64,000 nucleotides of DNA from Synergistales bacterium (lineage in GTDB: Bacteria; Synergistota; Synergistia; Synergistales; Aminithiophilaceae), in NCBI GenBank assembly GCA_018433595.1, contig JAHDQY010000014.1, positions 2,793 through 66,792 of the forward strand, given 5' to 3'. A model generated the notes under the pieces. It was not told the origin of the DNA. It did no database searches and worked only from the letters and a program-made list of their open reading frames with translations. Each line of letters opens with the position of its first letter. The stretch's first letter is position 1. This document shows, one piece after another, positions 42,225-49,645 of the stretch. Made by a program: the position numbers and the translations under genes.

Positions 42225-43340
42225 TTATGCCTCCTCGCCCCAGTCGCAGCCGCAGTTCGAACATTTTTCGAGGCCGCTCCGGATCTTTGCCCCCACCTCG
42301 CCGGCCCGCAGGTTGGAGAGTCTCTGCCAGAGCTCCAGATATCGCTCCTGGAAGGCCTCTCCCTGGATGCGGCCCAGGGCCCTGGCGATGCTGATCCCGG
42401 AAATCCTTCCCTCGACCATTGCGGCTGAAGCCTCCTCGATTCCCGAGGCGTCGCCGGCGACCCAGAAGTTCGGATTGGTCGTCTGCATGAAGGCGTTCCG
42501 TTGAGGAACGTGTCCGCAAAGCTCCGGGACGTAGGTCATCTTGCAGCCGGCCTGCCAGAGGATTTCCGCCGTCGGGATCAGCCCGACGGCCATGCAGATG
42601 GTATCGCAGTCGATCTTCCTGATCTCCTCCGTCGGGCGGCCCTTTTCATCGACCCGCTGGATATGGGCCCCTGCGACCACGCCCTTTTCCACGATGGCGT
42701 CGGTGATAGTGTGCCTGAGATAAATGGGAACGCCCAGCCGTCTCACCTTGGCCGCATGAACCCAGTAGCCGCCGACTTTCGGCATGAACTCGACGATCCC
42801 GGCGATCTCGACGCCGGCCTGCATGAGCTGGTAGCTGACGATAAGACCGATATTCCCCGCTCCGATCATCAGGACCCGCTCTCCGGGAAAGACCCCGTAG
42901 ACGTTCATCAGGGTCTGGATGGCCCCGGCTCCGTAAACGCCGGGGGCGTCGTTGTTGGGGAAGGGCAGGAGCCTCTCCATCGCGCCGGTGGCGACGATCG
43001 TCTTCTTGGGCCTCAGCCGGATGTACTCTTCCTCGTCTTTGACCAGAGCGACGACTCCGTCATCGGGATAGAAGCCGTTGGCCGTGGTGTTGGACAGGAC
43101 CGTGACGCGGTCTTTGGCCGCCTCCAGCTCCTCGAAGAGGATTTTCGCGATTTTGATCCCTCGGGTCCCGGCATACTCCGCCTCGGATCCGAAGAATTTG
43201 TGAGTCTGCTTCACGAGCTGCCCGCCCAGGGCGAGATCGCTGTCGACCAGAGTCACGTCGCAGCCGTGTGAGGCGGCTTCCACCGCCGCTGAAAGCCCCG
43301 CAGGGCCTCCGCCGATGACAAGAACCTCAGTTTCACGCAA
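42225..43340 (-). CDS. NAD(P)/FAD-dependent pyridine-nucleotide-disulfide-type oxidoreductase subunit (HcnB / OoxA / PDH-alpha-like)
   Basis: 'EVLVIGGGPAGLSAAVEAASHG' and a second 'RVLMIGAGNIGLIVSYQL' dinucleotide fold. The proposed TTG start at 43340 lies 8 nt after GGAAGG, but the start is uncertain. Confidence 0.7.
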   Translation of the reverse strand: MRETEVLVIGGGPAGLSAAVEAASHGCDVTLVDSDLALGGQLVKQTHKFFGSEAEYAGTRGIKIAKILFEELEAAKDRVTVLSNTTANGFYPDDGVVALVKDEEEYIRLRPKKTIVATGAMERLLPFPNNDAPGVYGAGAIQTLMNVYGVFPGERVLMIGAGNIGLIVSYQLMQAGVEIAGIVEFMPKVGGYWVHAAKVRRLGVPIYLRHTITDAIVEKGVVAGAHIQRVDEKGRPTEEIRKIDCDTICMAVGLIPTAEILWQAGCKMTYVPELCGHVPQRNAFMQTTNPNFWVAGDASGIEEASAAMVEGRISGISIARALGRIQGEAFQERYLELWQRLSNLRAGEVGAKIRSGLEKCSNCGCDWGEEA

Positions 43341-43683
43341 GACCGTCACCTTCCTTTTGCGCTTCGGGCTCGCTCCAGGGAACAGAGCCGTTTCCTTTCT
43401 GGCTCTGGACGACCATTCCCGCCTTGAGGGGCGTGACGCAGATGCGAACGTTGGGAACCCCGTCAACGGTCATAAAACAGGAAGAACACTTGCCGATGGC
43501 ACAGAAAAAGCCGCGGGGGCGCTTCGTCTTAGGCGTCTCCCTGTAGATCCTGATCTTGTTGGCATGAAGGGCCGAAGCGATCGGCTCCCCCTCGTAGCCC
43601 TCCAGACTCCTGCCGTCGAAGCTGAACGTCACTTTCCTTGCATGATGAAACTCCAGGATCGGGTGTTCCTTGATCAAGTTCAT
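43333..43683 (-). CDS. small [2Fe-2S] subunit (Fer2_4; HcnA / sarcosine-oxidase-alpha N-terminal-like)
   Basis: 116 aa from the ATG at 43683 (GGAGGAGGG upstream). 'FFCAIGKCSSCFMTVDGVPNVRIC' is the Cys pattern. Confidence 0.65.
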   Translation of the reverse strand: MNLIKEHPILEFHHARKVTFSFDGRSLEGYEGEPIASALHANKIRIYRETPKTKRPRGFFCAIGKCSSCFMTVDGVPNVRICVTPLKAGMVVQSQKGNGSVPWSEPEAQKEGDGLA

Positions 43684-43719
43684 CCAGAGACCCTCCTCCA
43701 TGAGTGATGAAAGGGACAG

Positions 43720-45879
43720 CTAGAGTTGCTGATACTTCAGACAGAGATCCATAACGTCGGGATCGTCAAGTCCGAGACGGGTGAGGGTTTCCGGCTTGGG
43801 AACCCCTTCGTCCGTCCAGCCCCGCCGCTCATACATGGCTGTCATGAGATCCTCGTAATAGCCTTCCCGGTACTTGCGGAGCTTGGCGATCTTCTTTTCC
43901 AGTTTCATCCCGTCGGTGTCGAGCTCCGTCTTCTCTCTCAGGCACTCGTCGTAGTAGACCTCGCGATGGAGGTACTCGTCAGGGGTGACGGGCCCCATGG
44001 CGCGGTAGGGGCCTCGGTCGTGAGCTCTGCCGACGAGGCCCATCTTGATGTTGATCATGCGCTGCAGGTTGTAGATCCTCTCGGATTGCTCGAGCATTCC
44101 GGCCTCGCCCAGAGGTCTTCCAGTAACGGCCGTGTAGATCCGGATGTAATTGTCGACGTGTTCGGGAATGCGCTCGGGGTGCTTCGTCATCCCGTTGTCG
44201 GCCGGCTGGATGTCGGCCCAGGGCATCTTGCAGATCCCCTGGAGGCCGAACCAGGTGCGCAGAGTGCTCAGGTACCAGACGGCCTCCACTTTCTCTTCGA
44301 TGGTGTTGAGACGGCCGCTCATGACCTCCATCCCCATCATCCAGGTCTCGTCGTGCTGAGCGCCCTTGTTGGCCATGGCGTAGCCGATCTGCTGGGTCGT
44401 GCACTCTTTGGTGACGTACTCGGAGTATTCGAGGCCCTTGGCCTCCATCCCGAAATCCCGGAGCTCTTCGGGATCGGCGCCGTACTTCCTGGCAAAATAG
44501 GCTTTCATTCGTCGGATGCCCATACCGAAGATTTTGCCGAAGCCTTCGCCCCGGGCAAGCCGGTGCAGCAGTTCAAGCTGGGCGTCGCTATTGCCGAAGC
44601 GCAGCTCGAGGCCGCCGGTGCGTTCCCTGTCGAGGATGCCGCGCTCGTAGCACTCCATGACGAAGGCGCAGCATGTGCCGAAGGAGATCGTATCCAGTCC
44701 GTAGGTGTCGCAGTAGAAGTTGCACTCGGCGATGACATAGGGGTCGAAAATGCCGCAGTTGCTTCCCACGGCGCCCAGAGTTTCGTACTCGGGGCCATCC
44801 ACGCAGACCCGTTTTCCTCTGTAGGGGCCGGTCTTGAGCTCGAAGCCGTCGATGGCCTTGGCGCACTGAAGAGAGCAGCCGTACCAGCAGCCGTCGGGTG
44901 CCTTTTGAGTAAAGAGTTTCTCCCAAACGGGCGAGTCGATCTTGTGATATTCAGGGTGGCAAGTGTACTTGAAATTATTGACAGGCAACAGATTAAAGCC
45001 ATTGCAGACATGTACGAGGAATGTCGTTCCGTTGCGGCGCATGTTGACCTGCTTGCGATCCAGGGAGAAAACTTCATCATGAACGATCCGTCCCAAGCGC
45101 GCAACCGTTTCAGGGTCATCGGCATTGACAAGATCACCGCGAACGCCCATGGATTTAACAACGATAGCTTTAATTTTTTTGTCTCTTAAGACCGTGCCGA
45201 TACCGCCTCTTCCTGCCTGCTTGAGACGCACGCAGCCGCGCCTGAGATCGTAGAAGGAGAAGTTCAGCATCCCGAAGAGGGCGTTTTCGGCACCAGAGCC
45301 TGTCGAAATGACTGAAACGGCCCGTTTTTCCGTTTCGTTACGGCCGAAGGCCTGCGTGATCTCCTCGGCCAAGAGGTGGCTGTCCTGGACCTCGGGAAGA
45401 AAGTCCCTGACGATGAGAACTTCCTCCCGGTCTCCGTCGATGACGAGCATGACATCGTCGTCGGCCTTGCCTCGGATTTCCAGGGCGTCCCATCCGGCAC
45501 ACTTGAGCAGAGGGCCGAAGTAGCCGCCGACGTTGCTGTCGATGGCCGTTCCCGTCATCGGGGATAAAGAGACGACCATCGATTTGCCGATGCCCGGATA
45601 GGAGGTGACGCCTGCGAGAGGCCCGGGCGAAACGATGATCTCGTTCTCGGGATCGTCCCATCGGGTCCCCTCTTTGACGGCATCCCAAAGGAACTTGATG
45701 CCGAAGCCGCGGCCGCCGATGTACTTCCGCTTCATCTCTTCGGAGACATCCTTCGAGATGATGCCGTTGGAGGAGAGATCGACGAAGAGCGTCCTGCTCG
45801 TGTAGCCTTTTTCGATGGTCGCCCGCCTGTACGGGTAACGGGCGAGGAGATCGTCTCCGAAGGCGATGTCGAGATTCAT
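43720..45879 (-). CDS. aldehyde:ferredoxin oxidoreductase (AOR) family tungsto/molybdopterin enzyme
   Basis: About 719 aa. The AFOR_N-like N-terminus is 'YTSRTLFVDLSSNGIISKDVSEEMKRKYIGGRGFGIKFLWD'. 'CNFYCDTYGLDTISFG' and 'DETWMMG' are AOR family segments. The start is uncertain: the 45879 ATG is preferred, but 45903 and 45924 are possible. Confidence 0.8.
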   Translation of the reverse strand: MNLDIAFGDDLLARYPYRRATIEKGYTSRTLFVDLSSNGIISKDVSEEMKRKYIGGRGFGIKFLWDAVKEGTRWDDPENEIIVSPGPLAGVTSYPGIGKSMVVSLSPMTGTAIDSNVGGYFGPLLKCAGWDALEIRGKADDDVMLVIDGDREEVLIVRDFLPEVQDSHLLAEEITQAFGRNETEKRAVSVISTGSGAENALFGMLNFSFYDLRRGCVRLKQAGRGGIGTVLRDKKIKAIVVKSMGVRGDLVNADDPETVARLGRIVHDEVFSLDRKQVNMRRNGTTFLVHVCNGFNLLPVNNFKYTCHPEYHKIDSPVWEKLFTQKAPDGCWYGCSLQCAKAIDGFELKTGPYRGKRVCVDGPEYETLGAVGSNCGIFDPYVIAECNFYCDTYGLDTISFGTCCAFVMECYERGILDRERTGGLELRFGNSDAQLELLHRLARGEGFGKIFGMGIRRMKAYFARKYGADPEELRDFGMEAKGLEYSEYVTKECTTQQIGYAMANKGAQHDETWMMGMEVMSGRLNTIEEKVEAVWYLSTLRTWFGLQGICKMPWADIQPADNGMTKHPERIPEHVDNYIRIYTAVTGRPLGEAGMLEQSERIYNLQRMINIKMGLVGRAHDRGPYRAMGPVTPDEYLHREVYYDECLREKTELDTDGMKLEKKIAKLRKYREGYYEDLMTAMYERRGWTDEGVPKPETLTRLGLDDPDVMDLCLKYQQL

Positions 45880-45976
45880 CGGCACTTCTTGATTTTGTGG
45901 CATCTGGCTGAAGGTACCCCCCAAAGATTTCGTATTGGAAAAATCCGTGAAACCGGGCCGGATTTCTCTTCGTCGG

Positions 45977-46022
45977 TTCCATCAAGAGAGCGGACCCCCA
46001 GGGCGACGCTCTCTTGATGGAA
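45977..46022 (-). other. 16-bp perfect stem-loop between the symporter and AOR genes
   Basis: TTCCATCAAGAGAGCG-(14 nt)-CGCTCTCTTGATGGAA with no adjacent U tract. A second small hairpin (AAATCCG...CGGATTT + T5) follows on the minus strand. Confidence 0.6.
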
Positions 46023-46063
46023 CGCTTCACTTCAACACCCGATTCACAGAGCTCTCTTGAGGT

Positions 46064-47536
46064 TCAGGCTGTGCGGAGCTCAGCCGCTTTCGTCTCGCCG
46101 TACCTGCTGCCCAGGTAAGCGGCGATCACGGCGGCGGCAAACCCGACGATCCGGGCGCTCACCACGGCCTCCATCGGCGAATAGTTCCAGATCATGGTGG
46201 TGATGAAGCCCACGACCATGGTCCATACGGCACCGTAGGCGTTGAACTTTTTCCAGAAAAGAGTCATCAGGGTCAGAGCGGAGAAGGAGTTGCCCAGTCC
46301 GGCCCAGGCGAAGGCGACGATGGCGTAGACGAGCCCCTCCGGAAGGAGAAAAACCAGCGCAAAGGCGGCCAGTCCGCCGATCAGCGTCACCCAGCGGGAG
46401 ATCCAGAGACTCTGCTTGCCGGTCAGATTCGCACCCTTGAGGAAAAAGGGCTTGATGATGTCTTCTGAGAGTTCCGAGGCCGTCAGGATGAGCATCGAGT
46501 CGGCCGTGGAAAGCATGGCGGCGATGGCCGACGTGACAAAGAGGGCACCCAGGAAGGGGGGGAAGACCTTCATCACGACCATGGGCATGACCGTCTCCGC
46601 ATCGGTCAGCTGATCGGGGCCGAAAATGGCTAGCCCGGCGAGGCCCAGAAGAATGGCGCCGGCATAGCCGCAGATCGTCCAGGCGATGCCAATGTTCCGG
46701 GCCTGCTTCGCCGCCTTGTCGTTTTCGATGGACATGAAGCGGACCGTAAGGTGAGGGCATCCCCCGAGGTAGGCGAAAAACCAGGAGAAGGCGTTGCCGA
46801 TCATCAGGCCTGCGGCGAACCCCTTGGCCCCCCCGGTCCAGCTGCCATAGGATCCCCCAGCCATCTTGAGAGCGGCCCCGATCGAAGGGGCGTAGACGTC
46901 GGGATGGCTACCGATATATTTGACGGCGAAGATGGGACCGAGAATGAGGGTGGCGATCATGAGGAGGGACTGGACGCAGTCGGTGTAGACGACGCTCTGG
47001 TAACCGCCGTAGAAGGTGTAGGGGATGATGATGCAGACCGTGACGATGATGCCTGTTATCGGCTTGATCCCGAACATGGCGTTCAGGGTCTTGCCACCGC
47101 CGATGAGCTGCGCCTCGACATAAAAGGTGAAGAGAAAGACGATGATCATGGCTCCGATAAATCGGATGGCGGCGTTGAGCTGGGGATGCTTCTTGGCCGC
47201 CCAGTCGACATAGGTGGAGGCGTCGACATCCTCCGCTTGGTCGCGCATTTTCCTGGCGATGACCCACCAGGCCACGATATTGCCGGCGGCCAGCCCTAAG
47301 GCGACCCACACCGTCACAAGTCCCGCTGCGTAGGCGTATCCGGGAAAACCTACGAGGCACCAGGCCGACTCGCCAGTAGCGCGCTCGGAAAGCGCCGCGG
47401 CCCAGCCGGGGATCTTGCGTCCACCCATCGTGTAATCGGAATCGGATTTGACCTTTCGCCCCTGGAACATTCCCACCCCGAGAAGGAGTAGAAGGTATCC
47501 GACCAGAACTAATAATCGTATCGTGGATTCCTGCAT
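46064..47536 (-). CDS. sodium:solute symporter, PutP-like (proline by context)
   Basis: 490 aa from the ATG at 47536 (GAGGGGGG RBS). 'SDYTMGGRKIPGWAAALSERATGESAWCLVGFPGYAY' is a typical SSF N-terminus. The 71-codon upstream extension in the track is rejected. Confidence 0.8.
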   Translation of the reverse strand: MQESTIRLLVLVGYLLLLLGVGMFQGRKVKSDSDYTMGGRKIPGWAAALSERATGESAWCLVGFPGYAYAAGLVTVWVALGLAAGNIVAWWVIARKMRDQAEDVDASTYVDWAAKKHPQLNAAIRFIGAMIIVFLFTFYVEAQLIGGGKTLNAMFGIKPITGIIVTVCIIIPYTFYGGYQSVVYTDCVQSLLMIATLILGPIFAVKYIGSHPDVYAPSIGAALKMAGGSYGSWTGGAKGFAAGLMIGNAFSWFFAYLGGCPHLTVRFMSIENDKAAKQARNIGIAWTICGYAGAILLGLAGLAIFGPDQLTDAETVMPMVVMKVFPPFLGALFVTSAIAAMLSTADSMLILTASELSEDIIKPFFLKGANLTGKQSLWISRWVTLIGGLAAFALVFLLPEGLVYAIVAFAWAGLGNSFSALTLMTLFWKKFNAYGAVWTMVVGFITTMIWNYSPMEAVVSARIVGFAAAVIAAYLGSRYGETKAAELRTA

Positions 47537-47816
47537 TAAGGTTCCCCCCTCATCATTGTAAAGGAAGTGCGACAATTCGAAAGGGCAGCTCATTCTAGAC
47601 GTTGTTGGGTGATCATGTCGTCTGAAGGTCTTGGGACAACCGTATTCTCTGGAAGGGATGTCCCCAGGGAACATGGTCGAACGGGTGTTTTGTGAACCCC
47701 TGCTTTGACAAAGAGCCGCTTTTCTTTGGCGCGCGACAAGGTGGTGCACCAGCCTGTGAATCCTCCTAAAGATTCTTTGTCCTCACGACCTCCCTTCCTT
47801 GAAAACTCAATTAGTG

Positions 47817-47844
47817 AATGAAAGATCTTGATCTAATAGAAGGC
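47817..47844 (-). promoter_or_regulatory. conserved element copy 1 (core AATGAAAGATCTT) in the putP-like leader
   Basis: A 13-nt perfect match, and 25/31 nt overall, to 49332-49362. It contains the palindrome AAGATCTT and lies about +25 to +52 from the predicted TSS. Confidence 0.55.
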
Positions 47845-47875
47845 TTATAAAAAAGAAATATTTCTTTCTTTTTTC

Positions 47876-47903
47876 AGTATATATGGCGAACTTGTTTTGT
47901 CAA
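47876..47903 (-). promoter_or_regulatory. sigma70-like promoter TTGACA-16-TATACT for the putP-like gene
   Basis: The minus strand has the -35 at 47898-47903 and the -10 at 47876-47881. This implies a 5' leader of about 330 nt. Confidence 0.5.
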
Positions 47904-48072
47904 GCATATAATCCTGACGAGTGAGCATTGATTGCGGAGAGCCGTTGCGTTAGGGATCTCTGTTCGTTTGGTTTTGAGCTTTCAGGGGGTTGGGGGAGGA
48001 ATTGAAGGGGCTACACAAGTCGCCCGAGTGTTCCCTCTTCGAAGGAATCCGTCGGCGGAAGAAGGGGGCGTC

Positions 48073-48117
48073 AAAAAAATAAAGGAGAGGATCTCGTCGA
48101 TCCGCGAGATCCTCTCC
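48073..48117 (-). terminator. rho-independent terminator of the cyclodeaminase-family gene
   Basis: 13-bp perfect stem GGAGAGGATCTCG/CGAGATCCTCTCC with an 8-nt loop, followed by TTTATTTTTTT on the minus strand. Confidence 0.8.
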
Positions 48118-48135
48118 CTGGAGGATCTTGAGGTT

Positions 48136-49260
48136 CTACCTCCAGTAGGCTTCTTCGAAGAAGACGTATTCCGTACCGAGGCCCATCTCCAGAGCCTTCT
48201 CATAAAGCGTGTAGCCCCAGGCCAGGTCATGGACGGGCATGCCGCCCGTGGGGAAGAGGATGATCTCGTCGTCGTCCTTCCGCCCGGGGTCGTCGCCGTT
48301 GACGACATCGCCAAGGTTGCGGATTTTCGATTCGTCGTAGAGTCCGTCGTTGACGTATCGGAGGAGGAAGAAGGAAGGCGCTACGACGCCGACGGCGTCG
48401 ATTCCCTGGGGATGCTCCTTGCCGTCGAGAATGAAGGCCTGATGCATCTTCCAGTTGTCGGCGATGACGGTGTTCTCCGAGAAGCAGTCCAGGTCCATTT
48501 CGGCGGCTCCGGTGAAGGTGACGAGACAGCCTTTCTTGAGCCACTCCTTCTCGATGCGGGGAAAGGTCGCTCCGGAGGTGGCGATGGTGACGATGTCGGC
48601 GGGGCAGACGGCGGCCTCGATAGAGGGAGCCCAGTGAACCTTGACGCCGACCTTGTCGGCCATCTCCTTGGCGAAGGAGTCGAATTTGTCCTTGTTGATG
48701 TCGTAGAGGTAGGCCTCCTCGACGGTGGGACATCCGGCCTTGATGGCCAACAGGCAGGCGCGGTTGATGACGCCGCCGCCGATGACGCCCACCGTCTTGG
48801 CGCCCTTCCGGGCCAGATGGCGGGCTGCGACGCCGGGGACAGCGCCGGTGCGCATGGCGCTGATGAGGTTTCCTGAGAGAATGGCGAAGGGGACACCCGT
48901 ATCGGAATCGTTGAGGATGGTCGTCAGAATCGAGCGAGGGAGCCCCTTTTTCCAGTTCTGGGCGTTGGATCCGTACCACTTCTCGCCGCAGATCTTGTAG
49001 CGGCCGCCCAGGTAGGCGATCATGGCCATGAAACGACGGTCGGGACCGGTGACGGGCATCCCGGGGAAGCGCTCCGTATCGGGGAAGTAGATCATCTGTC
49101 CGTGTTCGTTCTCGAGCGGCCCTCCCATAAGGTAATCGCCCTTGCCCAGGAGACTGAAAACTTCCTCGATGACGTCGACGCACTTGGGCATATCGAGAAC
49201 GCCTGCCTTCACCAGATCCGACTGGGACAGAAGTAGTGTCTTGACGCTTGTATCAGCCAT
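48136..49260 (-). CDS. ornithine cyclodeaminase / mu-crystallin family protein
   Basis: 374 aa. 'AMRTGAVPGVAARHLARKGAKTVGVIGGGVINRACL' Rossmann segment and family-typical length. Substrate not determinable from the sequence. Confidence 0.7.
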   Translation of the reverse strand: MADTSVKTLLLSQSDLVKAGVLDMPKCVDVIEEVFSLLGKGDYLMGGPLENEHGQMIYFPDTERFPGMPVTGPDRRFMAMIAYLGGRYKICGEKWYGSNAQNWKKGLPRSILTTILNDSDTGVPFAILSGNLISAMRTGAVPGVAARHLARKGAKTVGVIGGGVINRACLLAIKAGCPTVEEAYLYDINKDKFDSFAKEMADKVGVKVHWAPSIEAAVCPADIVTIATSGATFPRIEKEWLKKGCLVTFTGAAEMDLDCFSENTVIADNWKMHQAFILDGKEHPQGIDAVGVVAPSFFLLRYVNDGLYDESKIRNLGDVVNGDDPGRKDDDEIILFPTGGMPVHDLAWGYTLYEKALEMGLGTEYVFFEEAYWR

Positions 49261-49334
49261 GGCAAACCCTCCTTGTAGAGATAGATGGGAACGGCAAATT
49301 CACAAAAGGTGCGGAGAAGAACCGCAACATCGTT

Positions 49335-49362
49335 AATGAAAGATCTTTATCACATAGCAGCC
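49335..49362 (-). promoter_or_regulatory. conserved element copy 2 (core AATGAAAGATCTT) in the cyclodeaminase leader
   Basis: See 47817-47844. It lies about +20 to +47 from the predicted TSS of the promoter at 49388-49416. Confidence 0.55.
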
Positions 49363-49387
49363 ATTGAGTGATATTTATTTCACCGCT

Positions 49388-49416
49388 ACTCTAGCAGAGG
49401 GCGATTTAGAAAGCAA
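49388..49416 (-). promoter_or_regulatory. candidate promoter TTGCTT-17-TAGAGT for the cyclodeaminase-family gene
   Basis: The minus strand has the -35 at 49411-49416 and the -10 at 49388-49393. Confidence 0.4.
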
Positions 49417-49645
49417 GCATTTCATTGATCTTGTTTTTTGAAAGAGTTGTTTCTCGGATGGCCTTTCGGATGGAACCACAAGGGAGCGTCTTTCTCCCGG
49501 GGTTGGACCGCTTCAGCTCGTTGCCGCGGAATGGGGAGAGCCTGGCCTTTTCTTTGCGCGATGTGGCATAATGCTAAGGCATTTAAAGTATGAAAAATGT
49601 CGGTTTCTCGAGGCCGATGGAGACATCAGGAGAGCAGGTGACCCC

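Noticed and set aside
47700-47760. Possible T-box element in the putP-like leader (GGCTGGTGCACCACC resembles GGGTGGTACC)
   Set aside because: The match to the T-box consensus (AATTAGGGTGGTACCGCG) is poor. No specifier loop, stem I features or terminator/antiterminator pair is evident. The segment is better described as a 10-bp DNA palindrome, TGGTGCACCA.
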